From: Elusimicrobiota bacterium
Lineage (GTDB): Bacteria > Elusimicrobiota > Elusimicrobia > FEN-1173
DNA: 64,000 nt
Direction: 5' to 3'
NCBI GenBank assembly: GCA_016715645.1
Contig: JADJZR010000008.1
Coordinates: 48,241 to 112,240, forward strand
Made by a program: the position numbers and the translations under genes. Below are positions 50,832 through 60,191 of the stretch, piece by piece (within the stretch, counting starts at the first letter, position 1; each line of letters begins with the position of its first letter). The notes beneath the pieces are model-generated. The model was not told the origin of the DNA and searched no databases. It saw only the letters and a list, made by a program, of their open reading frames with translations.

Positions 50832-52676
50832 TTGGACCTCTATTTTGCATTCGATATTGATGCGCTGAAGAACTTCCGCCATTGTGCCAACCCAACCCGT
50901 GTTCGTTTCTTTGGAGGGCAATGGTCGGTGTTGGATTACCTCCAACAGAGTGGGCTCCCGTTAGTTGATGAGGGCAATCTTCTGGATGTGGACACGGCAT
51001 GCACCCTCAATAAATTTGCCCATGCCTGAGTTAGAGACTGGTACATTGACCTGGAAGGAAATGATTTTACATTGTTCCGCGGAATTTCTCTGGGAAAACT
51101 TTTTGAGACTCTCTTGGGTGTGCACCATTTTGTCCAACTCTACAAATTTGATCTGATCGGCCGCGTCTTAATTACCCGAGAGTGTCCTTCGGTTGTCTGG
51201 ACGGATCGAGGTTGTCCAGAACTTTTAACATTAATTTTGGACCAGATTCAGAGTGAGTCACGACCAAGGTTCATTTTATCTCAGCAGGAGGGGGCGGGCC
51301 CAAGCACAAGGGCCATGCCAGTTAAGGGCCATCGTACGCTCAAAATTTTTACTTCCCATAGAGTTAAGAATGTTGTGGAAAGCATCTTCCACAAGGTCTA
51401 TAACTACGGCGTAGGAATCCTGAAATTTATTCAGCCCCGTATTCAACGACGGGTGATGGTTTCTTATTTCCATACGCTGTCCGGGTTGTTTGAGGCTTTG
51501 TTGTCTCCGCGCTGGCGTAAAGAATTTCACGTGACGCTTATTCAGAGGCCTGGGAAAAAAATAGTAGGTCGGTGTTTTCGAACCGGCTGGCCCATCTTGC
51601 AGTCCGATGTTTCGGGAGAAATAGCCAATTGCCCGCCGGCGCTAACCGTGGTCGATAAGACTCGCCTCCGCGAAATTCGGTCCCGTTGGGAGGAACTCAA
51701 TAAATCGTTAGACTACCGTCAGCGATTTATTTTTCGGGAAAAACCGCCCTGGAAAGCATTGGAAAATGTATTGGAAGAAGAGTTTTTCGAGCGATTGGAT
51801 CACACGGCCAATTGGCTGGCTTTCCTTGAAAATTATTTCACAAGGAATCGGTTGGGCGCGGTCATTCTCGCCGACGATTCCTTGCCAGTCTCTTTGTCAG
51901 TCGTTGTCGTCGCACGACGTTTTGGCGTTCCCAGTTTTGTTGTCCTTCATGGTTTGCTCAGTGACAATCAAAATCAAGGCATGCTCTATGGTGCTGGCGC
52001 AGACCACGTGGCTGTGTCCGGACCTGAAATCCGTTCGCAATTCGACGTTTCATCCAAGGGGGGGGAAAGGGTCTTAGTTAATAGTAGCCCTCTCTTCGAT
52101 CGATATGCGGCTCGGCAACATTCGTTTTCTCCTTCTACGGGTTTGGTTCGGCGTGTTTTGGCGCTGACCCATCCCTTCGACTTTGGCAACACACTCTCTT
52201 GTGTCGGTGATTCAGAGAGACATGTGTTGACGGTTGCGCGTTTATTGTCTGGGTTCCAAGAGGTAACAGGGACGATTAAGCTGCATCCCTCGGAGAATTT
52301 GGACTATTACCTGAAATTGATGAAGGGATTTCCGGGGATCAAGGTGGTTAAAAAAGGGGACATTGATAGATTCATCCTTGCCCACGATTTTGTTCTGGCC
52401 ACAACATCAACGGTATTGTTACAGGCAGCTTTGCTGGGGAGGAGAATTGTCTATGTTAACTTTTCGCGAGCAAATTACGATGATCCATTCAGAGAGGGAT
52501 GGGGGTTCCCTGTCGCTCGGACTCCAAGCGATTTGGAGAAAATTCTTCGGCGGGAGTTCTCTTCGGATCCTGGTCCCGCGCCGGATTACTCCGCTCTCAT
52601 TCAGGGTTTTGCTGGAAGAATCGATGGGGACGGCGCTAGACGATTTCTCGAAAAAGTGCGAAGCACTGTTCAATGA
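50832..52676 (+). CDS. GT-B-like hypothetical protein (putative glycosyl/pseudaminyl transferase) interrupted by one in-frame TGA at 51027-51029; alternatively a shorter gene starting at TTG 51072
   Basis: ORFs 50832..51029 and 51072..52676 share a frame and are separated only by the TGA. The C-terminal region (ILAHDFVLATTSTVLLQAALLGRRIVYVN) resembles a GT-B C-domain. Confidence 0.4.
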
Positions 52677-53716
52677 CTGACTTCAAGCGATTGCGGGTCG
52701 GGTATGTCCCCTACAGTCAATCCTTGGACTCCCCGGGGGACCGTCGCCGGTTCGTTTTCTATGCTGGACGGCGAGGGATTCCGTTTGAAGTAGCGGACCC
52801 ATCGAAGAAATATGATGTTGTCGTGGCGAGCGGGAACGCGGACCTGAGCCTGTGGACCCGTTACCAAGGATCGCCACTATTTTTCGATTACATCGATTCT
52901 TATTTCGCTGTTCCCTGTTTGAGCGTTCGTGGTCTTTTGCGCGGGGTGGCTCATTTTTCAACGGGTCGCAGCCGATGGCTTCAGTTGATCCATCGAAAAT
53001 CCCTGGAACGAATGTTCCAGAGGGCCGATGCGGTCATATGCGCCACCACCGAACAACGTCAACAGGTCCTGCCATATTGCCGAAATGTCCACGCCATTCT
53101 GGATTCCCATGCCCTCTATCATTCCACTAAGACCGATTACTCCGCGGGAGATATTTTCCGTCTTGTATGGGAGGGACAACCTCAGAATGTGGAACATTTT
53201 GGAGTGATCGCCCGCGCCTTGAAATCGGTGGGAAAAGATCAAAAACTGGAATTGAATCTCGTGACAAACCCTCGGTATTTTCGTTTTCTGGGGAAGGTTT
53301 GGCCCCGAGACACCATGAGAGTCGCGCGTTCTTTCTTTAATTCGATCCACTTCCATCATTGGGATGAAATAACTTCTCCGTCCTTCATGACATCCTGCGA
53401 TATGGCTGTGATCCCCCTTCCTCTGGATGACCCCTTTAACGCAGGGAAACCCGAGAACAAACTTCTCATTTTTTGGAAGATGGGAATCCCGGCAATAGTG
53501 TCAGCCACTCCGGCCTATTCCCGAGCGATGAAGGCCGCAGGGTTGTCCATGGACTGTCGGACGACGGAAGAGTGGATTATTGCTTTGGAAAAATTCATTA
53601 AAAATGGAGAGCTTCGCCGTCAAGCAGGTATTCAAGGGAAGGCCTTTGTCGAAACCCATCACAATGATGAAATTCTTGTAACCCAATGGGACGCTCTTTT
53701 CTCCTCAATATTATGA
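52673..53716 (+). CDS. Hypothetical GT-B-like protein, paralog 1 of a tandem pair (candidate glycosyltransferase)
   Basis: About 35-40% identity to the next ORF over the full length. The C-terminal LIFWKMGIPAIVSATPAYSRAM resembles the GT-B donor-binding region. Confidence 0.35.
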   Translation: MTDFKRLRVGYVPYSQSLDSPGDRRRFVFYAGRRGIPFEVADPSKKYDVVVASGNADLSLWTRYQGSPLFFDYIDSYFAVPCLSVRGLLRGVAHFSTGRSRWLQLIHRKSLERMFQRADAVICATTEQRQQVLPYCRNVHAILDSHALYHSTKTDYSAGDIFRLVWEGQPQNVEHFGVIARALKSVGKDQKLELNLVTNPRYFRFLGKVWPRDTMRVARSFFNSIHFHHWDEITSPSFMTSCDMAVIPLPLDDPFNAGKPENKLLIFWKMGIPAIVSATPAYSRAMKAAGLSMDCRTTEEWIIALEKFIKNGELRRQAGIQGKAFVETHHNDEILVTQWDALFSSIL

Positions 53717-54765
53717 AGAATATTTCCCACCCTCTTCTGTTAGGATATGTTCCCTATGATTCCTCCCTGACCCATCCGGCGGATCGTCGTCGCTTTTGTC
53801 GCTATGCCCAACGGAAAGGGCTCACCTTTGAAATCGCTGACCCGAAGAAAGCCTATGATGTGGTGATCGTATCGGAAGGCGGTGACTTAAGTGTTTGGAG
53901 CCGCTATAGGAAAGGGAAAGTTATTTTCGATATGGTGAACGCCTACCTCGACGTTCCTTTAACAGAGATCAAGGGCCTGTTCCGTGGGGTGGCCAAGTAT
54001 GTGACGGGCCAATGCCAGCGTTTGACGGTGAGTTACTGGAAGGCGGTTCAAGAGATGTGTGGTCATGCAGGGGCCGTCGTTTGCGGTTCTCCTGAGCAAG
54101 CCGATCGAATTCGTTCTTTCCAGGCGAACGTCCACCCCATATTGGATTATCATGGGATGTACGATAAAGTGAAAGAAAACTACGAGTCAGGAAGTCCGTT
54201 TCGGTTGGTCTGGGAAGGACTTCCTCATAATGTGGAGTTTTTTAGTGAAATTCGCAAGGCGCTCCTCTCTTTGCATCAAAAATTTCCTCTGTCGTTGCAT
54301 GTCATCACCGCGCCTCAATCGAAGAAATATTTGCGAAAGTTTTGGACCGTCGAAACAAAAGACATCCTCCCATCTTTCCCATTTCCCACCGTCCTTCACC
54401 CCTGGGATGAACGAACCGTTTCCGATATCATTCGTTCCTGCGATCTTGCCCTGATCCCACTCCCTGCGGGGAGCCCGTTCAATACGCTCAAGCCCGAAAA
54501 CAAACTGTTGATATTTTGGCGAATGGGGATGCCCACCGTCACCTCCGCCATTCCGTCTTACGTCCGGGTCATGGGTGAAGCGGGCCTGTCCATGTTTTGC
54601 CGGAGCAGTGAGCAGTGGCAACAGACCCTGGAGAAATTTATCATCAGCACCTCCGCCCGTTCGGCAGCCGGGGAAAAAGGGAAGAGGTATTTGGAAAGTC
54701 ATTGTGGTGAAGCCGGATGGCTGGAAAAATGGGACGCGGTCTTTGAATCCATCGGAAAGGTATAG
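53713..54765 (+). CDS. Hypothetical GT-B-like protein, paralog 2 of the tandem pair
   Basis: ATGA overlap start at 53713 (MKNISHPLLLGYVPYD), collinear with paralog 1 (LLIFWRMGMPTVTSAIPSYVRVM). Confidence 0.35.
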   Translation: MKNISHPLLLGYVPYDSSLTHPADRRRFCRYAQRKGLTFEIADPKKAYDVVIVSEGGDLSVWSRYRKGKVIFDMVNAYLDVPLTEIKGLFRGVAKYVTGQCQRLTVSYWKAVQEMCGHAGAVVCGSPEQADRIRSFQANVHPILDYHGMYDKVKENYESGSPFRLVWEGLPHNVEFFSEIRKALLSLHQKFPLSLHVITAPQSKKYLRKFWTVETKDILPSFPFPTVLHPWDERTVSDIIRSCDLALIPLPAGSPFNTLKPENKLLIFWRMGMPTVTSAIPSYVRVMGEAGLSMFCRSSEQWQQTLEKFIISTSARSAAGEKGKRYLESHCGEAGWLEKWDAVFESIGKV

Positions 54766-54797
54766 CGAATCCTCCCGACCACCGCGTTTCCTCTCGC

Positions 54798-55142
54798 ATG
54801 GGAAAAGGGGAGATTCGTCAAAAGGATAAATGGGAATTGAGCCTGGGAATACCAACAGTGTCCGGACGTCGATGGATTTTCATTTTTCTCGTTGGGTGTG
54901 GGGTTGTCAATGCACAGGCGTACCCCGGGGATTTGGAACACACCCCGCCCCGACAATACGCCGCGGTGGTCGGGAAAGAAATTCAGAAAGTCAAATCGTC
55001 CGTCACGCTCTGCCTCTATCTTTTCAATCTGCAAACACAACGACACGATTCTCCCGTTTTACAATTAGCGGAATCCCTTCGAAAAGCCCATCACTCCGTT
55101 GTTCGCGTTGACGTGATCCTTGATCAAAATATTCCGGTTTAG
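54798..55142 (+). CDS. Hypothetical small protein with a predicted signal peptide; possibly a fragment of a gene disrupted by the downstream IS
   Basis: RRWIFIFLVGCGVVNAQA looks like a signal sequence. There is no family match. It sits in the 640-bp gap before the IS1634 remnant. Confidence 0.2.
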   Translation: MGKGEIRQKDKWELSLGIPTVSGRRWIFIFLVGCGVVNAQAYPGDLEHTPPRQYAAVVGKEIQKVKSSVTLCLYLFNLQTQRHDSPVLQLAESLRKAHHSVVRVDVILDQNIPV

Positions 55143-55405
55143 AGATTCAATTCGGCAACCCCGGATGGACGCTGCGCTGAAACTCATTGCCCAGAAAAAC
55201 CCCGACAATCCCCTGCGTTCCATCGCCTCCCTCATCGCGACAGTGAAGAATATGGAATGACGGACCCGACTTTGACAGATAAATTCAACTTTTGAGGGTC
55301 CCATCGTCGAAGGCGGGTTTTCAAAACCGAAAATGTAGTTACACGATTTTTATTTTTCTGTGATTTTCTATTGACGATATCGGTAAAAGTTAATGTAATG
55401 TTGCC

Positions 55406-56395
55406 ATGTTCGTCAGACTCAATCGCAACTCTCAGGGCAAAGCCTACCTCCAATTCGTCCGCAGTTATCGAGAGGGGGGCAAGGTCCGTCAACAGATTCT
55501 CTTGACGTTGGGTCGGTTGGATGTTCTTCAATCGACGGGGCAAATTGACAACCTCGTGGCGGCGTTGGGACGATACGCCACGAGGGAAAAGCTGGTGGAC
55601 CTGAGCAAAGACATCTCCGTTGATCAGGTCTATTTTCTGGGTGCGGCGCACGTGGTGAGCCGGATGATGGAACGGCTGAAACTGACGGCGATGTTTACCC
55701 GATTGAGGGCGAAGCATCCGAAGATGAAGTTGCCCTGGGTAGGGATTATCACCGGGATGATTGTGAGTCGATTTATCGCGCCGTGCTCGAAACGGCGGCT
55801 GAACATGGAACAGTGGGGGCGAATCTATCCCGGGATTTTGGAAATGGAGGCGCCGCCCCTGAAAAGTTTTTACCGAGCGATGGACGTGTTGTGGAAACAT
55901 CGGGAGGACGTTGAGGGAGCCCTGTTTGACCGCGGGGGCCAGCGGGATCTTTTCAACCGCGGGTTGGACGTCGTTTTTTACGATTTAACGACACTGCGTT
56001 TTGAAAGCACCAACGCGACGGACGGGGAACTTCGACGGTTCGGGTATTCAAAAGAACACTGGAGCGATTGCACACAAGTGATCCTGGGCTTGTTGGTGGA
56101 CCGGGACGGGGTGCCGGTGGGCTACGAACTTTTCCCGGGCAACACGTATGAACCTCACAGCTTGCCGAAGATTCTGGAGAAGATGAAAACGAAGTATCAC
56201 ATCGAACGCGTGATCGTGGTGGCAGATCGGGGGTTGGTGACGCAGGAGAACGTCGGGGAACTGAGCAAGAACGGGATGGATTTCATTCTGGGGATGAAAT
56301 TGTGGTCGATGTCGGAGGCCGATCAGGACCAAGAAAATCCGATAAAACCGTTCCTTAGAGGGAAAAGGAGACCCGCTGCTTCACCAAATTGGTGA
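55406..56395 (+). CDS. IS1634-family transposase, N-terminal ~60% only (truncated/disrupted)
   Basis: MFVRLNRNSQGKAYLQFVRSYREGGKVRQQILLTLGRL is the hallmark IS1634 N-terminus. The ORF ends prematurely where the IS1380-like element begins. Confidence 0.65.
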   Translation: MFVRLNRNSQGKAYLQFVRSYREGGKVRQQILLTLGRLDVLQSTGQIDNLVAALGRYATREKLVDLSKDISVDQVYFLGAAHVVSRMMERLKLTAMFTRLRAKHPKMKLPWVGIITGMIVSRFIAPCSKRRLNMEQWGRIYPGILEMEAPPLKSFYRAMDVLWKHREDVEGALFDRGGQRDLFNRGLDVVFYDLTTLRFESTNATDGELRRFGYSKEHWSDCTQVILGLLVDRDGVPVGYELFPGNTYEPHSLPKILEKMKTKYHIERVIVVADRGLVTQENVGELSKNGMDFILGMKLWSMSEADQDQENPIKPFLRGKRRPAASPNW

Positions 56396-56619
56396 AAAAT
56401 GAAGGGCTCTTTATAGGGGGCCCTGAAAGCGGGAATTCGTGTGGTTTTTTGGGGACCCCGGTAAAAGGTAAAGAGGTGGGGGCTCTCCCATGTGTGGGAG
56501 GGTGGGGTCTGAAGGGCCGCAAGAGGAGGAGGGGTGGGGGCACCTTGGCCAGCGGGAGAGGTCAAAATCAAATAAAATGCCTCGTCGAAAGACGGACATC
56601 TTCACGACGAGGCGAAACC

Positions 56620-57924
56620 ATGATAACACGTGTGCTTGAAAAATACAAAGTATCGATGACGAATCTAGCGGTGACGTCGTATGCGGGGTTGCCGCTGTTG
56701 TTGGGAATGGCGAAGAGCTTGGGTTTGGAAGAGAGGCTGAACGGTTTACCCGTGAAGGAAAGGGCGCGAGGCTATCGACCGGCGGAAACGATCTTCAGCT
56801 TAATGGGGTTGTTGCAATCGGGTGGAGTGGCGTTGGACGACATGGATCTGTTAAATGGCGACGAGGGATTGAGGGCGCTTCTAGGGAAATTCCCGGCGGC
56901 GAATACGGTGGGCGAATTGCTGAGACGGTTCGGGAATTCGGCGATACACCGGTTGGGTCAAATCCAATTGGAAACGGCGGTGAAGGTGATTCGATCGGCG
57001 GGGTTGAAATCGGTGGTTGTGGACGTGGACTCGTTTTTTGTTGAGTCACAGAAGTCGGATGCGGTGATGAACTATGAAGGGAAAACGGGATACAATCCCG
57101 TGGCGGTGACGTGCGCAGAGCTGAAGATGCCGATGGCGGGTTTGTTTCGTCCCGGGAACGCATCGGCGATGGCGAACGTGGCGGGCCTGTTGGAGCGAGT
57201 GTTGGAGGCGGTGAAAGGGATCGGCGTGCGAGTGCGAAGCGACAGTGCGGGTTTTCAGGCGGATGTGGTGCGGGTGTTGAGGGCGAAGGGGGCGCGGTTC
57301 ACGATTACGGCGCGCAAAGACGCGGCGGTTCTCGAGACGATCCGGGGGATAAAGCCAGAGTGTTGGCGTAAGTATGAGGGTGGGGCGTGGGAGAACCGGG
57401 AAACGGAGATTGCGCAGACGGTTCATGCGTTCGGGGCGGAGGATCTTGCGGCGCATCGAATGATTGTGATCCGATGGAAAAAAACGAATCCGGAATTGTT
57501 TGACAAAGAGCCCTATGAATATCATGCGGTGATCACGAACATGGATGACTGGTCGGGGGAAATGGTTCTTCAATTTCATCGAACACGCCAGGATGGATCG
57601 GAAAACGTGAACAAGGAATTGAAGGGTGGGATTGGTTTATCCAAGTTACCCTGTCGGGCGATGAAAGCGAACGCGGCGTATTTTCAGGTGGCTCTTCTGG
57701 CGTATACGGTGTTTGCGGCGACAAAACATTTGGCGTTGCCCAAGAGCTGGGGATCCTTGACGATCGAGACGGTGAGATCACGGCTGATTCGACTGGCGGG
57801 GGTCGTGGCGAAGAGGGCCCGGTATGTCTGGTTGAAGATCGGGAAGGGGTATCCGTATATGAAGTGTTTTGAGGACGCACGGTGGCGGATTATAGGGCTA
57901 TCGGTTGAAATAGCGACGGGATAG
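56620..57924 (+). CDS. IS1380-family DDE transposase
   Basis: ATG at 56620 (MITRVLEKYKV). YNPVAVTCAELKMPMAGLFRPGNASAMANVAGLLERVLEAVKGIGVRVRSDSAGFQADVV is an IS1380-like catalytic region. Confidence 0.65.
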   Translation: MITRVLEKYKVSMTNLAVTSYAGLPLLLGMAKSLGLEERLNGLPVKERARGYRPAETIFSLMGLLQSGGVALDDMDLLNGDEGLRALLGKFPAANTVGELLRRFGNSAIHRLGQIQLETAVKVIRSAGLKSVVVDVDSFFVESQKSDAVMNYEGKTGYNPVAVTCAELKMPMAGLFRPGNASAMANVAGLLERVLEAVKGIGVRVRSDSAGFQADVVRVLRAKGARFTITARKDAAVLETIRGIKPECWRKYEGGAWENRETEIAQTVHAFGAEDLAAHRMIVIRWKKTNPELFDKEPYEYHAVITNMDDWSGEMVLQFHRTRQDGSENVNKELKGGIGLSKLPCRAMKANAAYFQVALLAYTVFAATKHLALPKSWGSLTIETVRSRLIRLAGVVAKRARYVWLKIGKGYPYMKCFEDARWRIIGLSVEIATG

Positions 57925-58213
57925 ATTTTCGAAGGAATCGCATCGAATCGGTCGGTGATTGAGAGATCAGGCTCGTTTAAAACGACGGGAGGGAGGGGCA
58001 CGCAAAAAGGGTTGTGGATAACCCGCGGACAGCGAACCAAGACCATGTCTGACGGGCGCAAAGCGCCCCGGAGAGATGAGAACGTCGCGTGGGAGGTCAC
58101 AAAACCGCTCACAAGACAGGATGGACCGGAGGATTTTTGAATTTCGGGGATCTTCCACGCCCCCAGGTCGGTCAGAAAAAAGTTACGTGATTTTTTGGGG
58201 AAAACCGTGTCCC

Positions 58214-58242
58214 TTGACAGCCTCTGGGTCGGGCTGTATAAT
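58214..58242 (+). promoter_or_regulatory. Consensus sigma70 promoter: TTGACA, 17-bp spacer, TATAAT, upstream of vapBC
   Basis: Read directly: cccTTGACAgcctctgggtcgggctgTATAATtaactgg, about 30 nt before the antitoxin start. Confidence 0.6.
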
Positions 58243-58275
58243 TAACTGGTCAGACTAGTTTGTGGAGGGTGTGTT

Positions 58276-58563
58276 ATGTCTCTCAAATATCGAAGCCGGT
58301 TTGGACGCGGGTGTTGGCAGGTTCAGGAGGCCAAGGCCCGGTTCAGCGAATTGTTTCGAAAAGCTCGGACCGAAGGTGTTCAGCGGGTGGCGCATCACGG
58401 GAAAGAGGCGGTGGTGGTGTTGTCGCAGGAAGAGTTTGATCGGCTTTGCCATCGAACAGCACGCAAAGAGGGGCTCGTTGAATTTATGGAGCGTTCGCCC
58501 TGGGCTGGACTGAAAACGGATCTCCATCGAACCAAAGACGATTTCCGGTCGGTGGACATATGA
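58276..58563 (+). CDS. vapB: Type II antitoxin (Phd/YefM-like), VapB partner
   Basis: WQVQEAKARFSELFRKA...GKEAVVVLSQEEFDRL is a Phd/YefM-type N-terminus. Its stop overlaps the vapC start (ATGA). Confidence 0.6.
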   Translation: MSLKYRSRFGRGCWQVQEAKARFSELFRKARTEGVQRVAHHGKEAVVVLSQEEFDRLCHRTARKEGLVEFMERSPWAGLKTDLHRTKDDFRSVDI

Positions 58564-58982
58564 GTGGATTTCTTTTGGACACGAATGTCCTTTCCGAGCT
58601 TGTGAAACCGAAACCCCACCCCCCTGTTGTTCGGTGGATTAACGATGCGGACGAAGACTCCCTCTATTTGAGCGTTCTGACGTTGGGTGAAATTCGAAAG
58701 GGTATTGCGGGTTTGCCCCAGGGACCCCGGAAATCTCATTTGGAAACATGGCTTCAACAGGACCTTCCGGATCGATTCCTGGGTCGCATTCTGCCGGTCA
58801 CGGAACGAATTGCAACCCGATGGGGGTTGATCACCGCTCCGTCACTGATGCACGGTAAGACGTTGCATGTAATTGATGGGCTCCTGGCGGCAACGGCCCT
58901 CGACCACAATCTTGTGTTCGTTACCAGAAACGTGAACGACGTGGCCCCCACCGGTGTCCCCTATCAAAACCCCTGGGGATAA
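58560..58982 (+). CDS. vapC: VapC PIN-domain ribonuclease toxin
   Basis: MSGFLLDTNVLSELVKPKP... contains the canonical PIN acidic residues (DTN, E, D...D). 140 aa. Confidence 0.85.
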   Translation: MSGFLLDTNVLSELVKPKPHPPVVRWINDADEDSLYLSVLTLGEIRKGIAGLPQGPRKSHLETWLQQDLPDRFLGRILPVTERIATRWGLITAPSLMHGKTLHVIDGLLAATALDHNLVFVTRNVNDVAPTGVPYQNPWG

Positions 58983-59057
58983 TGCCGGGGGATTCCAGAT
59001 AAAACCAATCCGAAATATGGGCAATACGCTTTCTTCCGTTGGGGGGGGATTGGTCAT

Positions 59058-60191
59058 TTGAACGTGTTGATCGCGCCAAACGCGTTTAAGGGGTCCCTGA
59101 CCGCCACACAGGCGGCACGGGCCATGGCCGTCGGCGTTCGCCGGGCGGGCGGTGCGGCCGTTTTGTTGCCGTTGGCCGACGGAGGGGATGGGACGTTGGA
59201 TGTCCTTCAAAATCCGCTTGGATTAAAAATGAGACGATCCAGGGTGATGGATCCTGTGGGTCGGCCGGTGACGGCGCGGTGGGGATATAATCCAAAAACC
59301 CTATGGGCGGTGGTTGAAATGGCCCGGGCTTCCGGTCTGGCCCTGTTAAAACATCACGAACGGAATCCTCTGAAAACAACCAGTTTCGGCACGGGGCAAC
59401 TGATCCGCGCGGCGGTTCGGGCTGGGGCCAGGAAAATATTTCTGGGGCTCGGAGGAAGCGCGACCGTGGATGGGGGGCTTGGCCTTCTCCAGGCGTTGGG
59501 GGCCACGGTCACAATTAGAAAAAACGGACAGACGGTGTATCTCGACCGGCCCGTCACCGGGGAGGATTTAGAGACGCTCGAAGAAGTTAATCCTTCTCCT
59601 GTGATGCGATTCATGAAAGGTGTTCAACTTCGCGTTCTCTGCGATGTGCGTAACTCACTTCTGGGCCCCCGGGGGGCCGCGCGGGCGTTCGGGCCTCAAA
59701 AAGGAGCGACGCTAAAAGGGGTGGTTCGGCTGGAGCGAGGGCTCAAACGAATGGCGGCGTTGGCTCGGGCGGAGGGGAAAGATATTTCAAAAATCCCTGG
59801 AACCGGTGCGGCGGGGGGAGCGGCGGGGGGGCTCCTGGGATTTACGAACGCGCGGCTTGAAAGGGGGACGGACACCCTTTTTCGCCTCAAGGGTTTGGAA
59901 AAGCAGATTCAGCGGGCGGATGTCGTGATGACCGGGGAAGGCCGGGTGGACCGAACGTCCTGGGAAGGCAAGGCGTTGGGAGAACTCGTTCGCCTCTGCC
60001 GCCGACACAAAAAACCTTTGATTGTCCTGGCGGGGGAAATCGGTCCCGGCGGCCCTCGCCGGGGGGTGGACGTCGTAGGAGTGGGAACTCCCCGAATGAG
60101 CCGGAAAGAGAAAATGCACAAAGCCAAACAGCTTATCGCGAAAGCCGCGGCGGGTTGTTGGAAGATCCAACTGAAAACAACGAATTTATAG
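59058..60191 (+). CDS. Glycerate kinase (GlxK/GarK family)
   Basis: MNVLIAPNAFKGSLTA...LPLADGGDGTLDVL... matches the glycerate kinase I family end to end. Confidence 0.8.
   Translation: MNVLIAPNAFKGSLTATQAARAMAVGVRRAGGAAVLLPLADGGDGTLDVLQNPLGLKMRRSRVMDPVGRPVTARWGYNPKTLWAVVEMARASGLALLKHHERNPLKTTSFGTGQLIRAAVRAGARKIFLGLGGSATVDGGLGLLQALGATVTIRKNGQTVYLDRPVTGEDLETLEEVNPSPVMRFMKGVQLRVLCDVRNSLLGPRGAARAFGPQKGATLKGVVRLERGLKRMAALARAEGKDISKIPGTGAAGGAAGGLLGFTNARLERGTDTLFRLKGLEKQIQRADVVMTGEGRVDRTSWEGKALGELVRLCRRHKKPLIVLAGEIGPGGPRRGVDVVGVGTPRMSRKEKMHKAKQLIAKAAAGCWKIQLKTTNL

Noticed and set aside
51027-51029. In-frame TGA considered as a selenocysteine codon or TGA-sense genetic code
   Set aside because: TGA clearly terminates many genes in this window, including several overlapping ATGA/GTGA junctions. 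No SECIS-like context was sought or seen. A nonsense mutation, a sequencing error or an authentic gene start at 51072 is more likely.
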